Source: Meiothermus sp. (GTDB lineage: Bacteria > Deinococcota > Deinococci > Deinococcales > Thermaceae). From it: a stretch of 64,000 nt of DNA. Position numbers and translations under genes: made by a program. The stretch spans positions 32,001 to 96,000 of the forward strand of contig JANRLD010000013.1 in NCBI GenBank assembly GCA_033762915.1, read 5' to 3'. Below, piece by piece: positions 59,272 to 64,000 of the stretch; positions within the stretch are counted from its first letter, which is position 1, and the number at the start of each line of letters is the position of its first letter. The notes beneath the pieces are model-generated. The model was not told the origin of the DNA and did no database searches. It saw nothing but the letters and a program-made list of their open reading frames with translations.

Positions 59272-59366
59272 CTCGAGCGGAGCCAAAACCCCAAAACTCG
59301 AGCCAAACCTAGCCGTTAAGCTGGCGGCTCAAGGTCAACTGGGCCTGAGGTGAAATCCGCCTCGAG
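59272..59366 (+). repeat. CTCGAG-bounded repeat R3, copy 2
   Basis: Shares the 33-mer with 58167 and GCTGGCGGCTC(A/G)AGGTCAAC...CCTCGAG with 59955-60047. Confidence 0.75.
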
Positions 59367-59416
59367 TGGACGCCATGGAGTGCGCTCGCGCACCACCAAA
59401 ACCGCCCGTCTGCAGC

Positions 59417-59736
59417 CTACTCCCTGCCTGGCTCCAGAAGACGGTGTGCCCAGTAGTCAGGCCGTCGGCTCATGTGGCAGATGGCGATAAAGTAGATGGC
59501 ATCTGGTTCGATGATGTAAACCAGTTGGTACGAAAACCGTTTCATGATGTTGCGTCGTGCGCCGGACGGGTGAATAACAGGAAACAGCTCGGGTTCTCGA
59601 GGATAGCCAAGCTTTCGGCCTCGAACAGGGCCATAAAATCTTCTTTAAGTTTGGGATCTATGGCCCTGTAATACTCGCTGGCCTGTACCAAATCCAACCG
59701 AGCCTCGGGGTGGAAGACTCTAGCCAGCTCGAACAT
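59417..59736 (-). pseudogene. parE: ParE/RelE-family toxin, frameshifted
   Basis: FHPEARLDL..YY N-terminus; the C-terminus (GARRNIMKRFSYQLVY..ICHMSRRPDYW) lies in another frame; one missing base near 59590. Confidence 0.82.
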
Positions 59737-59938
59737 CGCGCATGACTTCTTCCCAAGGAATGCCCTTGACCTTGCCGCTGCGAATCTCTTCCACCCGCCG
59801 CCCGATCACTTCGAGCCAGAGTTGCTCGTTTTCCTCGAGGGTGGGTTCATCTACGCTCAGTTGAAGCTCTCGAGCCAACTCAGCCCGTTCCTTCAAACTT
59901 AGCTTAAGTGCTTGTTCCAAAATCTGGGTCTTGCTCAT
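59720..59938 (-). CDS. Addiction module antitoxin (TIGR02574-like)
   Basis: ALKLSLKERAELA..WLEVIGRRVEEIRSGKVKGIPWEEV; TACACT 6 nt before ATG. Confidence 0.9.
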   Translation of the reverse strand: MSKTQILEQALKLSLKERAELARELQLSVDEPTLEENEQLWLEVIGRRVEEIRSGKVKGIPWEEVMRDVRAG

Positions 59939-59954
59939 GGGTTTAGTGTAGCAC

Positions 59955-60047
59955 CTCGAGCATTTCCGAACCCCAAAAACTCGAGCAAAAATCCCCACTT
60001 TGTGCTGGCGGCTCGAGGTCAACCCGGTATGAGTTAACCACCTCGAG
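59955..60047 (+). repeat. CTCGAG-bounded repeat R3, copy 3 (diverged)
   Basis: CTCGAGC..AACCCCAAAAACTCGAGC..GCTGGCGGCTCGAGGTCAAC..CCTCGAG, collinear with copy 2. Confidence 0.7.
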
Positions 60048-60436
60048 ACCGAGAGGCTCTCGAGCAGTGTAAGGGCCAAAGACTCGAAGCTACTCGAGCT
60101 TTGCCAGGAAGCTATAAACCGTGGAGTACGCTCCTACACGATGCAAGTCGCCAGCAAAAGTGATTGTGCGTAAACCGCTTTATAAGTAAAGAAGGGGCAA
60201 GCGTACTCGTATACACCCCACTCAGAACCACAAATAGCAACCTAGTAAATTCCCTCGAATGTACTTGTAACACAACTTCGAATACAATCTAAATTGAAAG
60301 AAATATAATGATAACGCATTTTTTAACGTATGTTGGGTCATTTTCCATAAAGTTTCATTACTTTTCTAAGTATTATCTAAGCGACATCACAACATTATTC
60401 TCTACGTCATTCTCCAGTGGTGTTGGAGGGAATCAA

Positions 60437-61237
60437 ATGAGAAAGAGTAAGTTTGTTAAGTCGGTTCTACTGGCAGCAGGGGTATTGGCTCTGGCGGCGT
60501 GTGGTGGGGCAGGAGTTCGAGAAAACGCCGAAGAAGGTGATCTTTCAATCGCCTCAGGCACGGTTCAGGTTAGCTGGGGAAATACCGTCACCCTCCCTAC
60601 CGTTCCTACATGGGGCCAATGGTTCTTTTTCAACGATGGCATTGCCACCGGCACAGGCTCGTTCGTCAACGGGCCAGCAACTCCGCCCATCGGGACGGGC
60701 AGCGTTCAGCTCGTAGTGGACAATACCGGGCGGGCGCTGATTGGAACCACTCAGTACATAGGAACCAAACTGGCTGACATCAAGGCGTTGCAGTACAGCA
60801 CCTACAACCAAACTGCCACGACCACTATTGCTCCTTCCCTACAGTTTGGCTATGACCAGGATATCACCGACTCTGTGACTGGTTTCCAAGGTCGCCTAGT
60901 GTATGAACCGGTGTACTCGGGCAGTGTGACCAGTGGAGTCTGGCAAACTTGGGATACGCTGGCCGGGAAGTGGTGGGCCACCAACAATGCAACTTCAACC
61001 TTGGATAACGCCTGCCCTCAGTCTAACCCGTGTACGCTTGCGCAAGTCCTAGCGGCAGCTCCGAGGGTGGCGATTCATCCCAACTCTAACTTTGGTTGGC
61101 TGCTAATCAAGTTGGGCGGTCCCATTAGCGGTGGGTTCACTGCTAACGCTGATCGCTTGGTGATCCGTCGGGTCTGGGAAACCTCGAACACCATCTTCAA
61201 CTTCGAGTCTAGGAACTGTCAATCGGATCGTTGCTAG
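60437..61237 (+). CDS. Lipoprotein, unknown function (beta-rich)
   Basis: RBS GGAGG; signal MRKSKF..LAAC; lower GC; followed by a terminator. Confidence 0.82.
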   Translation: MRKSKFVKSVLLAAGVLALAACGGAGVRENAEEGDLSIASGTVQVSWGNTVTLPTVPTWGQWFFFNDGIATGTGSFVNGPATPPIGTGSVQLVVDNTGRALIGTTQYIGTKLADIKALQYSTYNQTATTTIAPSLQFGYDQDITDSVTGFQGRLVYEPVYSGSVTSGVWQTWDTLAGKWWATNNATSTLDNACPQSNPCTLAQVLAAAPRVAIHPNSNFGWLLIKLGGPISGGFTANADRLVIRRVWETSNTIFNFESRNCQSDRC

Positions 61238-61283
61238 CTTTCTAGGTTAGGTTACAAAGCCTACCTCGGCAAGCCAATAAACA

Positions 61284-61326
61284 TTCAACCCCTCTTCGAA
61301 TACCGAAGAGGGGTTGAACTATTTTT
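61284..61326 (+). terminator. Intrinsic terminator
   Basis: TTCAACCCCTCTTCG-AATAC-CGAAGAGGGGTTGAA followed by a T tract. Confidence 0.8.
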
Positions 61327-61509
61327 GATATCTGACCACTAAGTGGCTACGTAGCTAAAGTGCGAGTTGCTAATCCGAAACACCCATAGGGAATAGCACT
61401 AGTAGGTCGTCAACGGCTAAAATGCAGCCAGATCGTTGCCAACTTGCCCGAATCACCGCAGCATCACCCGAACAATATCCGTTGACGCAGCGCTAGTGCT
61501 TGCAACAGG

Positions 61510-61806
61510 GTACGAGATTGTTGACCAGAAAGCCCGATCCCATAGCAGTAACCCGGTAGCCCGCGCAAAGGTTGTGGCTGAGAGTGAGGTTGTTCTTGGG
61601 TCTCGAGCGGAACCGCACAAAGGTGATGTACCAACGCCCTTAGCTGTTACCGAGGTTGATACTGCCGCTGCGTTGGTTAGCGACGCGTACCCGTTTTGTC
61701 TTGGCAGGCCAGCTCGAGTTCCGTATGCAATGCATAGCCCTTAGCCTCGGCATATTGGCTGCTGCTTAGAGCCGACCTACAGCTATTGCGAAGGAGAGGT
61801 TGATCT
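61510..61806 (-). pseudogene. Degraded paralog of lipoprotein 57222-57935
   Basis: Minus-strand fragments QYAEAKGYALHTELE, SGSINLGNS*GRWYITFV, PLETQEQPHSL and RVTAMGSGFLV match QHAQARGYILPAELD, SGSTNLSYSQGRWFLTFV, PLEAQEQIHTL and RVAAVGSGLLV. Confidence 0.75.
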
Positions 61807-61822
61807 ACTCAGCCATGGCTAT

Positions 61823-62080
61823 CAGGGCAACCGCAAAGTCGCTAAACCCAAAACCCAATCCCCCCAACCCCCCTTAGGGCGTAGCGCAAACCGAGTCTCG
61901 AGGCTCAAACCGCAAACCAAGCATCCAAAGGGGGGCAACAACGTCCCCGCAAATTGATTTACGGGGACGTTGTTGCCCCCCTTTCGTCATCACCGCAACA
62001 CAACTAGCAACTCCATGTGCGCTGAGAGGCTCGGTCTAAGGGGGGTAGGGGGGATTGCTTTTGACTTTGCGGTTGCCCTG
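61823..62080. mobile_element. MITE with ISAs1-type ends (258 bp)
   Basis: Perfect 18-bp terminal inverted repeats CAGGGCAACCGCAAAGTC; 10-bp target duplication CCATGGCTAT (61813-61822, 62081-62090); no transposase. Confidence 0.88.
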
Positions 62081-62172
62081 CCATGGCTATCCAGAGGGGT
62101 TTGGTACGGGCATGATTGGGGTTATGCTGTACGATTTAGCATTTGAATTCGCTAGATCCGGCAACTATACAT

Positions 62173-62197
62173 AAAAACCCCCGCCAAAGCGGGGGTT
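62173..62197 (-). terminator. Intrinsic terminator after the large surface protein
   Basis: AACCCCCGC-CAAA-GCGGGGGTT stem with a T tract on the minus strand. Confidence 0.78.
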
Positions 62198-62214
62198 GTG
62201 AGAGGGCTTGAAGT

Positions 62215-64000
62215 TTACTGAACGGTAGTGGACTCGGACACAATCTTGGGCAGCGCGGGCTGCGGCAGTTCGGTCGAGCGTGGAGTCCAGCTTGCCGTAC
62301 CAGTTGCGTTGGTGGTGCCAATGTTCGCTCCAGCGGTGGCCTCAATGAAGTAGACCAGTGATTCGCCAGCGGGCAGGTCGTTGAGCGCGAAAGTGACGGT
62401 GTTATTGCTGTTAGAGAAGGTGGCTGTGGAGGTCACAGCACCAGCTACACCAGCAGTACCAGTGGGGTTAGCGCGGAGAACAAGCACGTTGGGGGTGGCA
62501 GCAGCAGCACCATTGGTGGTGTACCGCACGAAGGTGTTGTTCAGAGTTACATTGAACGCGACATCGGTAGCGGTGGTGTCACCCGTGTTATTGATGCGGA
62601 AGCTGTACCAGAAGGTGGTACCACGGTTCATCGGATCGGGTTCGATGGCTTGGGTCAGTGCTGGAGGAGTGGGGTTGAACACGCGCTCTTGGGTGGTGGT
62701 CAGACCGATCCAGGGGCGGCCAGGGGTGTAGAAGTCGGACAGTACGCAGCTAACCAGACCACGGTTGAGCGGGTAGTTGTCGCGGATGAACTGAGGATCG
62801 CTAGCTTGCGGGAGGCGATCAGGACGCCAGGTTACGGTGTTGGGCCAGCTTGCGAAGAAGGGCCAATCCAAGCGGTAGGGGATAAAACCACCGGGGTTGA
62901 AGCCAGGGTTGAGGTTCCAAGCCCGCTCGTTGGGCCAGACGTGGATCAAGCGACCGCTGCCGTCGGCAAAGTTGGCGGGATCGTCACCGAAGTAACCTTG
63001 AACGCTGCTGAAACGGTTGCCTTCGCTGTCCAGAGGCCCACCGGCAGCAAGCGTACCGGTCAGATACCAGTCGATTGCAGCATTGGGGTCAGCAATGTTG
63101 GTACGGGTGGGTGAAACACGGCTCGAGTCGAGGATACCAAAGCCCCCATCAGGCGCAGGCTGGTTCAGGTTGCGGGCATCCACGAAGGCGCAGTTACGCC
63201 AGCTTGCATCGTTGATGAAGTTGGGGTCGTCAAGGCCACCCAAGCGGCCCATCAGACGGTAGGTGGCGCTACCACGGTCACCGCCACCCATCAGCGGGAT
63301 AGTAGACCAGTTGAAGGCGGTCTCGCCGATTTGTGGAGTACGCGGAGCGTAGTTGGCAGCGGGTACGACGTTGGCTCCAGTATCAACAGGGTTGTTGGAG
63401 ATAGCCAGCGGGCTCAGGCTGCCTTGCACGAAGTCCAGACCGCGACCAAATACATCGGTAGTCTTGACATTGCGGGCATAGGGGTTGTCACGCAGTACGC
63501 CGTTGAACTCGGTGGGGTACTTGGTGCGGAGGCTGGCGTAGCGAGCGGCGCGGGCATCACCACCAGCAGACTCGAGGTTGACAACGGTGGTGCGGTAGGT
63601 GATGGCGGTGCCGATTTGCTGGCGACCGGTGGGGTCAACGATGCGCTTGACTACGTTGAGCACGGGGCGGACGGCCCAGATTTCTACGTTGTCAATCTTG
63701 GCTTGGGTGTCGGGTTGGTAGTCTTGGAGCACTTGCACACCCTTGGGCGTGCTGTCTACGGGAGCACCGCTGTACCAAGTTACGGTTACGTCGTTGGTCT
63801 TGTCACCGTTGACCACACGGTAGGGGTCAGAGGGGCAGCGACCATCTTGGTTGACAACCGAGCTGATGGGCTTGACTTGGAAGCCGCTGAAGGCGTTGCC
63901 GAAGAAGGTTTGCTGGTAGGCATCTTCGTCCCAGCAGAAGCCAGGCTTCTGACGGATGTAGACCAAGAAGCTCACCACTGCGGTTTGGCCAGGGTCAAGC
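62215..64000 (-). CDS. Large surface/secreted protein with DUF11-like repeats; 3' part only
   Basis: Open frame to the window edge; LNVVKRIVD..GTAITYRTTVVN and YSFRINNTGDTTATDV Ig-like motifs; Thr/Asn-rich. Confidence 0.75.
   Translation of the reverse strand, partial: LDPGQTAVVSFLVYIRQKPGFCWDEDAYQQTFFGNAFSGFQVKPISSVVNQDGRCPSDPYRVVNGDKTNDVTVTWYSGAPVDSTPKGVQVLQDYQPDTQAKIDNVEIWAVRPVLNVVKRIVDPTGRQQIGTAITYRTTVVNLESAGGDARAARYASLRTKYPTEFNGVLRDNPYARNVKTTDVFGRGLDFVQGSLSPLAISNNPVDTGANVVPAANYAPRTPQIGETAFNWSTIPLMGGGDRGSATYRLMGRLGGLDDPNFINDASWRNCAFVDARNLNQPAPDGGFGILDSSRVSPTRTNIADPNAAIDWYLTGTLAAGGPLDSEGNRFSSVQGYFGDDPANFADGSGRLIHVWPNERAWNLNPGFNPGGFIPYRLDWPFFASWPNTVTWRPDRLPQASDPQFIRDNYPLNRGLVSCVLSDFYTPGRPWIGLTTTQERVFNPTPPALTQAIEPDPMNRGTTFWYSFRINNTGDTTATDVAFNVTLNNTFVRYTTNGAAAATPNVLVLRANPTGTAGVAGAVTSTATFSNSNNTVTFALNDLPAGESLVYFIEATAGANIGTTNATGTASWTPRSTELPQPALPKIVSESTTVQ

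Noticed and set aside
59263..59321. attC-like site on the minus strand (GCTTAAC ... GTTAGAC)
   Set aside because: The inner arms do not pair symmetrically, other R3 copies lack these boxes, and no integron integrase is present.
59366..59671. 101-aa plus-strand ORF
   Set aside because: Antisense to the frameshifted parE.
60308..60436. N-terminal extension of the 309-aa track ORF
   Set aside because: AT-rich promoter-like DNA; the RBS and signal peptide support a start at 60437.
61436..61744. 102-aa plus-strand ORF
   Set aside because: Antisense to the lipoprotein pseudogene; no independent support.

Overview
This is a GC-rich bacterial chromosomal window. It is probably from a Deinococcota member related to Meiothermus/Calidithermus (inference), judging by a Deinococcus-type CrtO, AceE-type pyruvate dehydrogenase, many leaderless genes with a TANNNT box 6-7 nt before the start codon, and strikingly frequent CTCGAG. 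In order it contains: (1) a SWIM/DUF5691/MoxR-AAA/DUF5682 (yeh-like) operon with interleaved accessory genes and a REP-associated tyrosine transposase (RAYT) with its REPs; (2) a BTAD/SARP-AAA-TPR regulator flanked by three promoters sharing an 11-bp-periodic CGTTACC box; (3) housekeeping genes (acyl-CoA dehydrogenase, DinB, ankyrin, class V aminotransferase, Ppx, HIT, ABC transporter); (4) an ~18 kb surface-glycan island with DegT aminotransferase, Wzx, Wzy, two GT4 enzymes and a G8/beta-helix (TMEM2/CEMIP-like) lipoprotein, surrounded by three paralogous lipoproteins carrying a dimethylformamidase-beta-like domain; (5) crtO, a GT28 glycolipid synthase, an S8 protease, MarR/SDR with three operators, and aceEF; (6) two toxin-antitoxin modules separated by shared repeats, lipoproteins, a pseudogene beside an ISAs1-type MITE, and the 3' part of a large surface protein. 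Two further dispersed intergenic repeat families were seen. No rRNA, tRNA or CRISPR array was recognised. The best candidate for an undescribed system is the DMFase-like lipoprotein + TMEM2-like + Wzx/Wzy island. All family calls come from motif recognition by eye; no searches were run.
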